NCBI GenBank assembly: GCA_052279835.1
Contig: CP181291.1
Coordinates: 1,248,001-1,312,000, forward strand
Direction: 5' to 3'
Length of the DNA: 64,000 nt
Origin: Microcoleus sp.
GTDB taxonomy: Bacteria > Cyanobacteriota > Cyanobacteriia > Cyanobacteriales > Microcoleaceae
Part shown: positions 1 through 9,329 of the stretch, one piece after another
How the letters are laid out: the number at the start of each line of letters is the position of its first letter
Numbering within the stretch: position 1 is the stretch's first letter
Made by a program: the position numbers and the translations under genes
Notes under the pieces: generated by a model
Told to the model about the DNA's origin: nothing
The model's input: only the letters and a program-made list of their open reading frames with translations
Database searches by the model: none

Positions 1-81
1 CTATTTAGTTTTGGTGGGATTGTCATTTTCTATTGGCTTGGAGAAATTTGGGACCGTAAAAAAGCCAAAAAAACTGATTAG
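1..81 (+). CDS. 3' end of an unidentified membrane protein (partial)
   Basis: Frame 1 reads LFSFGGIVIFYWLGEIWDRKKAKKTD* (hydrophobic stretch, then basic tail); STRR repeats follow. Confidence 0.45.
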   Translation, partial: LFSFGGIVIFYWLGEIWDRKKAKKTD

Positions 82-230
82 TTAGTTGTGAGTTATCATG
101 ACCAACAAGCAACAACCAATAATATTGTTGACCGTTGCATCGGAATGATTTAACCGCAGAGAACACAGAGAACACAGAGGGAGAGAATAGAGAGATGAAT
201 AGTTAAGATGCTACCGGATTTGATATAACA

Positions 231-272
231 AATAACCAATAACAAACAACCAATAACCAATAACCAATAACA
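231..272. repeat. STRR heptamer array (AATAACC/AATAACA)
   Basis: Tandem aataacc/aacaacc units between converging genes. Confidence 0.8.
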
Positions 273-276
273 AAGT

Positions 277-1902
277 TTAATTACTTTGTTCCAAAAAAGT
301 TTGGACTCGACCGTTGGGCCGCAGAACAACTCGAATTCTGGGGGGGGTGCCATTAGAAACAGCAGAAACAAAAGGCTCACCGACTAAAGGCATATTCGTG
401 CGATCGATATAATCTCCTGCGGCCTTTCCCATAGGCATAATATTTTGGATAGAACCTGTTTCATCTATCTGCAAACTGTATTCCAAAGTTTCTTGCATAC
501 CTTCTGGCGGCTTCCAGCGTTGCTCAAAATAAGTTTTCGCTTCAGAAACTTGGGGGATTGTATCAAATAAAGTGCGATTTGCTTTGCTCCCACTTGCTAC
601 TTTGTTGTTGTCTGACTCAGTTTTGGGTTGAGCATCCTCAAGGGGTGGTAGTTCCGTACTGCTTGGGGGAACAATCGGCCCGATGGGACGAGGGATTGAT
701 TCTTGGGGCTCAATTGGCAACCGCGAAGCAGATAGGGAGGGCGGCAGGGGTGGCGCTGCGGTGGGCCCTAGCCTTGGTGGTACGGGGGGAGCTAGTCTCT
801 GTGGGGCCCGTGGCGCGGGGGGGAGTGCATTGGGTGCTGGGGCTGACTGGGAAGGGGCAGAAATTGGCGGTTCTGCGGGTGCGGGAATGGTGATTATTTG
901 CCCTTGAGGATTGGGTGCTGTATTGGGTGCTGCATTGGGTGCGCTGTTGTTAGGTGGAAATAGCACGGCGGGCTGCTGGATGGGGCTGGGCTTGTTAATG
1001 GCGGGAGTTGGAGAGGCGGCGATGGGGGGTAAGCTGGGACTGGAGGATGGGTTGCTGTTGAGGGGCGGGGGCGGCAGGGGTGGCAAGGTTGGTGTGGCTG
1101 AGGGGGTTGGCGCTGGGGGCGTTGGTGTTGCTAGGGCCGGACTGGGAGACACCCCTACGGCTAGGTTTGGCTGGGGAGTGGGGCTGGATGCTTGAGTGCC
1201 GGGGGCTGAGGCGATTTCTGCCGATCGACTCTGCTGAAGCACTTTGATGACACCTGTGGTTAAACCGACGCTGGCTACAACCATTGCAGCCACTTTGACC
1301 CAAGGTGAGGCGAGGGGGCGTTGGGGCGATCGACTCAGGTTCGGGAGTGCCATCACCTCGCTGCTGTATTGATCCAAAGCCGTGGCTAAATCAAACAGTT
1401 GGACGGTACTCAAGGGAACTACCGGCCCGGATTCTGCCACTGTCAAAGAGCCTAAGAATAAGTTGTGGGAGAGCAGGCCGCGGGGTTTCAAGTGGGGATG
1501 AACCGGAAGATCCGCATTTTTTTGTGCCTCTGAAGAGTGTGACTCAAAAATTGTTGTTTCTGAAGGGTTTAAAGATTCATGCAGGATGACGGGGCTGCGG
1601 GCTGGTGCTGAGTCGGTTTTCCCCAGGCTATCATTAGCTTCAGATGTGAGGCTGGTTTCCCAAGGGCGGGATTCGCCCAGAAAGTTTTGAATGTAGAAGT
1701 TGACTGCTTCGTGGAGGGCTTCTAGTTGCAGTCGATCGCCCTTGAGAGTAACGTGTTCGGTATCTGGCAGTCGCGGATCGTCGAGTCGCAGTTCAAAGCT
1801 GAGAGATTTCAACACGGGTTTGCCCGCCCAACGAGATAGGGGCGAACTTTTAGCTGTAATTTCCAGCGTGCAAGTGGGGGGCGTGTACCGTTTTAGAACC
1901 AT
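277..1902 (-). CDS. DUF4335-like cyanobacterial protein with central TM helix and Pro-rich linker
   Basis: N-terminal RYTPPTCTLEI...PLSRW motif, TM segment WVKVAAMVVASVGL, C-terminal IPQVSEAKTYFEQRW domain. Confidence 0.75.
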   Translation of the reverse strand: MVLKRYTPPTCTLEITAKSSPLSRWAGKPVLKSLSFELRLDDPRLPDTEHVTLKGDRLQLEALHEAVNFYIQNFLGESRPWETSLTSEANDSLGKTDSAPARSPVILHESLNPSETTIFESHSSEAQKNADLPVHPHLKPRGLLSHNLFLGSLTVAESGPVVPLSTVQLFDLATALDQYSSEVMALPNLSRSPQRPLASPWVKVAAMVVASVGLTTGVIKVLQQSRSAEIASAPGTQASSPTPQPNLAVGVSPSPALATPTPPAPTPSATPTLPPLPPPPLNSNPSSSPSLPPIAASPTPAINKPSPIQQPAVLFPPNNSAPNAAPNTAPNPQGQIITIPAPAEPPISAPSQSAPAPNALPPAPRAPQRLAPPVPPRLGPTAAPPLPPSLSASRLPIEPQESIPRPIGPIVPPSSTELPPLEDAQPKTESDNNKVASGSKANRTLFDTIPQVSEAKTYFEQRWKPPEGMQETLEYSLQIDETGSIQNIMPMGKAAGDYIDRTNMPLVGEPFVSAVSNGTPPRIRVVLRPNGRVQTFLEQSN

Positions 1903-1907
1903 AAAAG

Positions 1908-2007
1908 GAAGGAAGAAGGAAGAAGGAAGAAGGAAGAAGGAAGAAGGAAGAAGGAATTCTCGTTACCAGGCTCTGCCTGGTAACGCAGATCCGGAGGCTC
2001 TGCCTCC
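1908..2007. repeat. GAAGAAG heptamer array followed by a REP-like hairpin (GTTACCAGGCTCTGCCTGGTAAC)
   Basis: Read directly from the sequence. Confidence 0.8.
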
Positions 2008-2024
2008 ATTTCATGAGTTTATAC

Positions 2025-2630
2025 TTAATTTTTAGCGCGATCGAGCAGAGCTAACCAGAGACGACGGTGGCCGCCGGGACTGCTGTAGAAAAGTAAATCG
2101 ATCAAGAGTTTGAGAGCTAAATTGGTTAGTTGTGCGCCGGATAAGTTTTCTGCATCTTCCATGCGATCGCCATAAGTGTTGCTGAATCTGTCAATATAGT
2201 CTCCCAGCAAAGCTATGGTGTGAGGTTCGCGATTTTGCTCTGCCATTTGTTCGAGCAGTGCCACAGCACGACGAATTAAGGCTTGGTGCTGTGAGGCCAA
2301 GTGGCAACTAATCAAAACGAGGGAGCGGGCTTCTTCTACATCCAGTTTTTTCCGTCCCCCCTGGCCTTTCCGCAGCGGGTTAGACTGGCGTAGTCGCCAT
2401 AAGGCCACGCGATCGGCCACCATTGACTCTAAATTCAGTTCGACTGCCACCTTGAGTATTGCCTCCGAGCCAATCCCCGCCAGTGCCTCTAGGGCTAACA
2501 GCACTAAATCCAGTTGAGATTTAATGTTGTCCAACTGGGTAGGTTCTGGTGCTTTTTGGGTCAATTCTTCCCAGTTGGGAGATGTGCCCGCTTCGTTGGT
2601 GGGAGTGGAGGACTTTACGATCGAGCGCAT
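2025..2630 (-). CDS. DUF3038-like conserved cyanobacterial protein
   Basis: QLDLVLLALEAL...DRVALWRLRQSNPLR...LLFYSSPGGHRRLW motifs; start set at MRSIVK (ATG 2630). Confidence 0.75.
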   Translation of the reverse strand: MRSIVKSSTPTNEAGTSPNWEELTQKAPEPTQLDNIKSQLDLVLLALEALAGIGSEAILKVAVELNLESMVADRVALWRLRQSNPLRKGQGGRKKLDVEEARSLVLISCHLASQHQALIRRAVALLEQMAEQNREPHTIALLGDYIDRFSNTYGDRMEDAENLSGAQLTNLALKLLIDLLFYSSPGGHRRLWLALLDRAKN

Positions 2631-2945
2631 AGCTTCAGCATTGAAAATTAAGACAGGTTCAGGCTGGATCTCAAACAGCAGTATATGGTGATGAGAGCTC
2701 GTCGCCAGCATCCCCACAGCAACTGTATTAATTTTGCTCCACACCCATGAGCTTTGATTCCGGCAACTGTGACTGGTAGACGTAATTGCCAGTTGAAAGT
2801 TGCGTTTTGGTAAGTGCGATCGCCCGAAACCAGCCCATAACACAAATTTCTCCCCAACTATGCTACTCCACAGAGTGACCAAAATCAAATCAGTGTTTTG
2901 AAGCGATCGGGACTCATATCAATCCCAAAATTCTAGCTATCTCGA

Positions 2946-2997
2946 ATGCTACTTATAGTCTGTCGCTACTTATAGTCTGTGACATTATAGTTGTCAT
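2946..2997 (+). promoter_or_regulatory. C-box operator region of the RM controller gene (three TTATAGT boxes)
   Basis: GCTACTTATAGTCTGT repeated at 2948-2963 and 2965-2980, then GACATTATAGTTGTC at 2981-2995; resembles the GACT-TAT-AGTC C-boxes of PvuII/AhdI/Esp1396I-type systems. Confidence 0.75.
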
Positions 2998-3017
2998 TGC
3001 TTAATCTAGTCCCATCT

Positions 3018-3230
3018 ATGGATATTACCGAGCGATTTGGTAAAAAAGTCAGACATTTCAGAAAGCTCAGAAATCTTTCCCAAGATCGGCTTGCAGAACT
3101 ATCTGAATTACATCGTACCTATATTGGCTCAGTTGAACGAGGTGAAAGAAATATAACGCTGCTTAATGCCAGCAAAATAGCCAAAGCATTATCTGTTAGT
3201 CTAGCTGAACTGGTAACTGATGATGACTGA
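3018..3230 (+). CDS. XRE-family HTH controller (C) protein of an RM system
   Basis: FGKKVRHFR...LSQDRLAELSELHRTYIGSVERGERNITL is typical of C proteins; overlaps the start of the REase gene; C-boxes upstream. Confidence 0.85.
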   Translation: MDITERFGKKVRHFRKLRNLSQDRLAELSELHRTYIGSVERGERNITLLNASKIAKALSVSLAELVTDDD

Positions 3231-3771
3231 AAGAATACTAGAGCAAATTTTAGCAAAATACCAAAACTCATTTACAGAAAAAGTTTATGCAGAAGAGAAT
3301 GAAGAACATGATATTTTAATGGATATATTTGGTATTTCCCCTATAATAAAAAAAGAAAATAGGCAATATTGGGGACGTGAGTTAGGTATGTGTTGGCAAT
3401 TGTTAGTTACGGAAACGTGCAAAGCATATTGCAGTAGTTTTCAGCCAGCATTTAAAATTGGAAGTGATGAGCCGTGTGATCTGATTGTTGATGGGTACGC
3501 GATCGATACAAAATATCGTATTGGCTCAGGAGATTCTGGAACACTGAAAAAGTTCAAATCCTATGGCCCACTACTTCGTACTTATAATTATGAGCCAGTT
3601 TTTTTAATACTTAGACAAGATAATTTGCCCGCAGCTATTACAGCGTGCCAAGTAGGGACTTGGAGAGTTTACACTGGCGATGCTTCGTTTGAGTTTATAC
3701 AAACAATAAGCGGGTTTGATTTAAAGTCATTTCTTACTGAAAGAGTGGGAGAATTCCCTGTACACCGCTGA
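3220..3771 (+). CDS. Putative type II restriction endonuclease (PD-(D/E)XK)
   Basis: PCDLIVDGYAIDTK matches PD...DxK; coupled to the C gene and convergent with an MTase. Confidence 0.7.
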   Translation: MMTERILEQILAKYQNSFTEKVYAEENEEHDILMDIFGISPIIKKENRQYWGRELGMCWQLLVTETCKAYCSSFQPAFKIGSDEPCDLIVDGYAIDTKYRIGSGDSGTLKKFKSYGPLLRTYNYEPVFLILRQDNLPAAITACQVGTWRVYTGDASFEFIQTISGFDLKSFLTERVGEFPVHR

Positions 3772-4675
3772 AACTATCTAGGCGCTTGTTGATAATTTCT
3801 ATGTAGTCAGGTACTATTTCAATGCCAACATACTTAATCCCAAATTCTTGCGCCGCCAGTAATGTAGTTCCCGATCCTGCGAAAGGATCGATTAAAATAG
3901 AATTTTCCAAACGCGGTACAAATATTTCAACTAGCTTTCTCATGAGAGCGATCGGTTTAACCGTACAATGGACGTTAAACTCCTCGGTTTTCTCACGCTG
4001 TATACCTTCTAAAATATTTGACTGAAAACCACCAAACCGATCTTTAGTATAAAATAGACCAGTACCATACTCCTGTAGAGTTTCCAAGTAATTATTCACC
4101 AGTGGTTTTTGAAGTACGCAGATTGCTTCCCACTCGTTCCTGAGACAACTGTGCCAACCATCCCATTTTTCGGGATTTTCATATCCTTTCTTTTCAAACT
4201 GTTGTTTGATATTGACACCTTTAGGGATACCACTCGATCTTTTATAAACAAGCATATCTCTCGCATAGAACCCAGCATTTTCCAGGGCTACTTGTACGTG
4301 AGCAACAGTTCTTGTGCTGTTGAAAACTAAAACTGTCGCACCCGGTTTGCAGATCCGAAAAAGCTGCTCACCCCAATCAAAACACCATTTCTCATAATCC
4401 AGAGTGTTGTTACGATTCCTTTGATACCATTTTTCGTTTCTGACTCCACCTGCTAAACCACTACCATAGGGAATATTTTTAACAAGGGTTTTATTTCCCT
4501 TGCCATTGACTTTTTCCCTACGCCTTTGAATTTCCGAGTCATCCCATTTATGACCAATAAATTCATAATTATAAGGCGGGTCAGTGATACACGCAGAAAA
4601 ATAATTTTCTGGCAATGTCTTCATCACTTCACGACAGTCACCAACCAAAACTTCATTTGAGGGAGCTTGTCTCAT
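3734..4675 (-). CDS. Site-specific DNA methyltransferase, N4-C/N6-A beta class
   Basis: Motif IV TDPPY near the N-terminus, HCTVKP, and motif I DPFAGSGTT near the C-terminus. Confidence 0.92.
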   Translation of the reverse strand: MRQAPSNEVLVGDCREVMKTLPENYFSACITDPPYNYEFIGHKWDDSEIQRRREKVNGKGNKTLVKNIPYGSGLAGGVRNEKWYQRNRNNTLDYEKWCFDWGEQLFRICKPGATVLVFNSTRTVAHVQVALENAGFYARDMLVYKRSSGIPKGVNIKQQFEKKGYENPEKWDGWHSCLRNEWEAICVLQKPLVNNYLETLQEYGTGLFYTKDRFGGFQSNILEGIQREKTEEFNVHCTVKPIALMRKLVEIFVPRLENSILIDPFAGSGTTLLAAQEFGIKYVGIEIVPDYIEIINKRLDSFSGVQGILPLFQ

Positions 4676-4735
4676 TAGTCTGGCAGTTTACTCAAGTTGG
4701 AACTCAAATTTCAATTATGCCACATTTGCAGTATC

Positions 4736-4839
4736 TAGCAAGTATAAATAAGTTGTGAAACTCTCTTCTCTTTCCGAACTTCGCGTTCTTTGCGTCTTCG
4801 CGGTTCGTAAAAAAAATCACAACTCATTTACACTCGCTA
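4736..4839. mobile_element. MITE-like element with imperfect terminal inverted repeats
   Basis: Left TAGCAAGTATAAATAAGTTGTGA versus right (reverse complement) TAGCGAGTGTAAATGAGTTGTGA; internal TTCGCGTTCTTTGCGTCTTCGCGGTT repeat. Confidence 0.65.
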
Positions 4840-4928
4840 TAGGTAGTCCAAATCATAGATTCAATCCAGCTTGTTTTGCTGCCTACAAACCTATAATCAG
4901 TAATCCACCAGCAATACCTCAATCCTGA

Positions 4929-7601
4929 CTACTTCAAAAAAGCGATCGTCACACCTCCACCACCCTCTTTTTGACTGGCCAACTCATAGCGAGAAACCTG
5001 GGGATGGGTGTCAAGAAATTCATGAATTCCCCGTCGCAACTGTCCCGTACCTTTGCCGTGAACTATCCACAGCACTCCGTATTCAACGGCTTTGGAAAGA
5101 GCTCTATCTACTTCAATTTCGGCATCGGAAACTCTCGCACCTCGCAAGTCGATCGTATTATTGGCAGTCCGAATGGCGATTTCAGGATTGGGTTTGGGAA
5201 CTTCCGACTGAGCTTGTTTGGCCTTAGCAGTAGCCTGTGCTTGGGCTGCTATCTTGGCTAATTGGGCTTTGGTTTCAGGTTTTTCACCATCGAGGGATTC
5301 AATTTCTGCCAGTTTGACAGTCATTTTCATAATCCCAAACCTGACGCTCAATTCTTCGTTAGCATCTGGCCCGCTGAGGACTTCGGCGGTTTGGCCCAAG
5401 CTGGGAATGCGGATGCGATCGCCCACTTTTGGCATAAAACCCGGTTTCGGCTTAGCCGGTGCTTTGCGCGAGGGCAAATGTTGCTGAGAAATTTGATTTA
5501 AAGTTTCTGTCGCCTGTTGGGCTTTTTGAGCCGTTTGGTTGCCCGACTGCAAGCGCCGAATGATTTGAGCAATTTCTGATTTTGCCGTGCCTATCGCCTC
5601 ATTTACCGCCACTTCCTGAGCAATTTTTAGTTCCCGCTCTCTTTCTTTCAAAGCTGCTGCTTTTTGAGAAACTTCCTGGTGGAGTTTTTCGGTTTGTTGC
5701 AGCAGTTGGGTTGCTTCTTTGGCTTTGGTTTCCTGTTTCCGCCGCTGGGCTTCGAGTCCAGCAATTACTTGATTGACATCGACAGAAGCACCCCCAACAT
5801 AGGTTTGAGCTTGTGCGACGATGGATGGTAGCAAACCAAGTCTTTTGGCAATGCTTAGAGCGTTGGAACGTCCGGGAATTCCCCACAGTAGCCGATAGGT
5901 TGGCTGCATGGAACTATCGTCAAATTCCACTGAGGCATTTTCAAAGCGGGAGTCTTGATATTTGAGGGCTTTGAGTTCGCCAAAGTGGGTAGTTGCGACT
6001 GTTAATAGGGAGTTTTGGGCGAGGTATTGCAACAGGGCGATCGCCAATGCACTGCCTTCTGAGGGGTCTGTCCCCGCTCCTACTTCATCTAGCAAAACTA
6101 AAGATTTGGGAATGGGGAATTGGGAATGGGGAATGGGGAATTGGGCATCGGGAACCGTGTCCCCTGAGCGTAGTCGAAGGGTAGTGGAAGTATCGGAAAC
6201 CGTGTCCCCTGAGCGTAGTCGAAGGGTAGTTGAAGTATGGGGAATTGGGAGGTCTGAATCCTCTTCTCCTCCTTTTTTCAAGACTGCTAAGATGCGGCTG
6301 ATGCGGCGAATGTGACCGCTGAAAGTTGACAAACTTTGCTGCAAAGATTGCTCGTCACCAATATCTGCCAAAATGTGGTCGAACCACGGCAATTCTACAG
6401 GTTCGCGGGCGGGAACAAACATTCCTGACTTTGCCATTAAAGCGGCTAATCCCAAGGTTTTGAGGGTGACAGTTTTGCCGCCGGTGTTGGGGCCGGTGAT
6501 GGCGACGACGCGAATGTGCGGTGCGATGGTTAAATCGATCGGCACTACTGGAAAGCCTTGTTCGTATTGCTGTTGCCAAACTAACAGGGGATGGCGCAAC
6601 TGGCGCAGGGTGATTTGCGATCGCAAGTTGGGAATTTGTACTTTGGGGTTTTCTGAGTTTTCGGAGTTTTCTGCCTCTGCTATTTCTCCATTGTTTGCTG
6701 CTAATTCTGTATTTCCCAATTCAATAAAATTAGGTGGATTTGCTTCTAGCCAAAAGCCGTAACGCGCTTTGGCTGTGGCTAAATCTAAAGTTGTCACTAC
6801 CACCAACAATCTATCTAAGTCTGGTTTGACTACTGCTACTTGTTCCGTCAGAGCGCGGCGAACTGCTTCTTCTTCGACTTGTTCTTGTCTGAGAAATTGC
6901 CGCATCTGATTGTTGAGATTTACTGTATTGTGGGGTTCTACATACAGTGTCGCGCCGCTGGCTGAGGAGTCGTGAACGATGCCCGGTATGGCATCTTTTT
7001 GGGGAGCTTTGACGGGAATTACAAAGCGCGCGTTTCTTTGGGTAATTACTTGTTCTTGGACGGCATTGGATTGTCGCTGCAAAATTCCTTGTAGTATTTG
7101 ATAAATGCGATCGCGCAACTGTCGTATTTGAACTCTAATTCCTGCTAATTTAGGAGTGGCTCGATCGGCTACTTGGGCGCGATCGTCTATACACCGATGT
7201 ATTTCTTGTTCGATTTCAGGATAAGTCCGCAATTGAGCAGCCAAATCCTTGAGGTTCGGTACATCTGGCTGGCTGTCAATGATGCGGCGCAATTGTCTCG
7301 CTCCCGCCAGGGTGGTAGCAATCGCTAGCAATTCTTCGCCACTGAGCAAACCTTGAAGTTCAGCTCGTTGCAGCGAAGTACCGATGTCTTGGATGCCTTC
7401 AAAAGCCAAACCACCGCCGGGACGGTTATCCAACTGATAAGCTTCCTGAGTTTGAGCTAGCAATTCTGCTGTTTCAGCTTGAGTTGCCGGGATTTGCAAG
7501 TCGAGGGCGGCGGCGACACCCAGTTTGGTGGCCGCGAAGGTAGCCAAGTGCTGACACAAGCGCGACCATTCTAATAGTTCGAGTGTTTCGGATTGAATCA
7601 A
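4929..7601 (-). CDS. mutS2: Endonuclease MutS2
   Basis: TLELLEW N-terminus, Walker A TGPNTGGKT, QSLSTFSGH, LLDEVGAGTDP, C-terminal Smr domain (IDLRG...IVHGKGTG); start uncertain (TTG 7601 or ATG 7628). Confidence 0.95.
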   Translation of the reverse strand: MIQSETLELLEWSRLCQHLATFAATKLGVAAALDLQIPATQAETAELLAQTQEAYQLDNRPGGGLAFEGIQDIGTSLQRAELQGLLSGEELLAIATTLAGARQLRRIIDSQPDVPNLKDLAAQLRTYPEIEQEIHRCIDDRAQVADRATPKLAGIRVQIRQLRDRIYQILQGILQRQSNAVQEQVITQRNARFVIPVKAPQKDAIPGIVHDSSASGATLYVEPHNTVNLNNQMRQFLRQEQVEEEAVRRALTEQVAVVKPDLDRLLVVVTTLDLATAKARYGFWLEANPPNFIELGNTELAANNGEIAEAENSENSENPKVQIPNLRSQITLRQLRHPLLVWQQQYEQGFPVVPIDLTIAPHIRVVAITGPNTGGKTVTLKTLGLAALMAKSGMFVPAREPVELPWFDHILADIGDEQSLQQSLSTFSGHIRRISRILAVLKKGGEEDSDLPIPHTSTTLRLRSGDTVSDTSTTLRLRSGDTVPDAQFPIPHSQFPIPKSLVLLDEVGAGTDPSEGSALAIALLQYLAQNSLLTVATTHFGELKALKYQDSRFENASVEFDDSSMQPTYRLLWGIPGRSNALSIAKRLGLLPSIVAQAQTYVGGASVDVNQVIAGLEAQRRKQETKAKEATQLLQQTEKLHQEVSQKAAALKERERELKIAQEVAVNEAIGTAKSEIAQIIRRLQSGNQTAQKAQQATETLNQISQQHLPSRKAPAKPKPGFMPKVGDRIRIPSLGQTAEVLSGPDANEELSVRFGIMKMTVKLAEIESLDGEKPETKAQLAKIAAQAQATAKAKQAQSEVPKPNPEIAIRTANNTIDLRGARVSDAEIEVDRALSKAVEYGVLWIVHGKGTGQLRRGIHEFLDTHPQVSRYELASQKEGGGGVTIAFLK
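6106..6250. repeat. In-frame repeat insertion in mutS2 (STRR heptamers plus two 45-bp units containing CCCCTGAGCGTAGTCGAAGGG)
   Basis: Encodes PIPH-TSTTLRLRSGDTV x2-QFPIPHSQFPIP just before Walker B. Confidence 0.85.
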
Positions 7602-7805
7602 AGTTGACGGGTTGTTGGTAATTGGCATTCCCAGGCGCTGACCGAGAAGGGTTATTGACGATACTATCAATTAATTTTAAAGTTTTTTGGGGTTTCCTGG
7701 GGTAGTTATTGGTAATTTTTGGTAACATTTAATTATTTTAATTTTAAATATACAGTGATAATTCGGGCTGTTGTATCCTGAAAGGTAATTTGTGGAGCTG
7801 GTGTT

Positions 7806-9047
7806 ATGGGAAAGATTTTGGCGATCGCGGATGGTGTGACTTGGGAAATCCTCCAAGAGTTCCTCTCAGGGGAGGGACATGAGGTGATAGTCGCCCCTGA
7901 TGCTCACTCCGGGTTAGATTTAGCTGAGCAAACCTCCCCAGATTTGGTAATTTGTGAGGGGACTTCACCTCAAATTGAATGGTTAGATTTATACCGGATG
8001 CAGGCGGATAACTCAGAATGTGGCACTATCTATGTGATTCTGCTGGCTGCACCAGAGGAGTTTGACTCCACAAAATTAGATGTGCTAGTGGACGATTTTG
8101 TGCTGCAACCGATAGTTAAGCACGAATTATTGGGGCGGGTACGCGCTGGTTTTCGATCGCGCCAGTTGAGGGTACAGTTGGAGCGATCGCAACAAGAATT
8201 GCAACAGTTCCACCATCGGATTATAGAAAATGAAAAAACGTCTAATCTGGGTGAATTAGTATCTGGGATTGCCCACGAAATTAACAATCCGATTACTTTT
8301 ATTTACAGCAATCTGACTCACATACAAACTTACGCTAATGATTTGATAGAACTCTTGCGAATGTATCAAAAACAGTTAATTAATCCTAGCCAAGAGATTC
8401 TGCAAAAACAACAAGACATGGATGTGGAATTCCTGCTGGATGATTTCTTGAAAATTGTCAGTTCCATGCGGACGGGGAGCGATCGCATTCGCCAAATTAT
8501 CTTGTCGGTACAGGAATTTTCCCGCAGCGATCGCTCCGGTTGGCAATTATTCGACGTTTCCGACGGTTTAGAAAATACTCTGTTACTATTGCAACACCGC
8601 TTACCTGCTCGCGAAGGCAGGCGCGATATCAAGGTGGTGAAGGACTACGGCAATTTGCCCCAAATAGAGTGTTATGCCGGTCAACTAAATCAAGCTTTTC
8701 TGAATATTATGAGTTATGCGATCGATGCTTTGGAAGAGTCTAGTCAACAATTGAACGAGTCCGAAGCAATCAACTTTAAACCCGTGATTTGGATTCGCAC
8801 TCAGGTGGTAAGTGGTCAGCGCATTGCCATTGAGATTGCTGATAATGGCATCGCCATGAGCGAAGAGGTAAAAACCAAAATTTTCGAGCGATTTTTTATT
8901 ACCAAACCTGCGATGGATGCCAGCACCATAGGACTTGCTATCAGTTATGACATAATTGTCGAGCAGCACAAAGGGGAATTGAAGTATTTTTCCCAAGCGG
9001 GTAAAGGTACTCAATTTCGGATCGAACTACCCCAGCGACACAGTTAA
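7806..9047 (+). CDS. Receiver-HisKA-HATPase hybrid sensor kinase (degenerate motifs)
   Basis: N-terminal receiver fold, H-box GIAHEINNP, NtrB-like HATPase domain. Confidence 0.85.
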   Translation: MGKILAIADGVTWEILQEFLSGEGHEVIVAPDAHSGLDLAEQTSPDLVICEGTSPQIEWLDLYRMQADNSECGTIYVILLAAPEEFDSTKLDVLVDDFVLQPIVKHELLGRVRAGFRSRQLRVQLERSQQELQQFHHRIIENEKTSNLGELVSGIAHEINNPITFIYSNLTHIQTYANDLIELLRMYQKQLINPSQEILQKQQDMDVEFLLDDFLKIVSSMRTGSDRIRQIILSVQEFSRSDRSGWQLFDVSDGLENTLLLLQHRLPAREGRRDIKVVKDYGNLPQIECYAGQLNQAFLNIMSYAIDALEESSQQLNESEAINFKPVIWIRTQVVSGQRIAIEIADNGIAMSEEVKTKIFERFFITKPAMDASTIGLAISYDIIVEQHKGELKYFSQAGKGTQFRIELPQRHS

Positions 9048-9103
9048 TTAAAAATCTCCACAAAAGCCAGTTATTGAACAGGCTTTGTTTTGCAAATATT
9101 CCT

Positions 9104-9176
9104 AGGGGTGAAGCATGACCGCTGTAAATCTCTGGCGCGAGCTAATAAATTGTCTGCGGTCATGCTTCGCCCTTAC
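9104..9176. repeat. REP-like inverted repeat
   Basis: AGGGGTGAAGCATGACCGC ... GCGGTCATGCTTCGCCCTT. Confidence 0.75.
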
Positions 9177-9329
9177 TTACTTCAAATATGCAAGCATATT
9201 ATATCTTCAAATCCGAGCCTCAATCTTGAGGGAATGTAAAATTTTGTATATCCTGGGGCAAAAAATCGAAAAATAGGAGATGCTAGATATTAAGAAGTAC
9301 GCAAAAATAAATTTTAATTAGGTGATAAA

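Noticed and set aside
558..1589. Gly/Ala-rich plus-strand ORFs
   Set aside because: Antisense shadows of the Pro-rich region of the 277-1902 gene
9236..9249. Possible NtcA site upstream of the ALDH
   Set aside because: GTA-N8-TAT does not match GTA-N8-TAC, so the match is too weak
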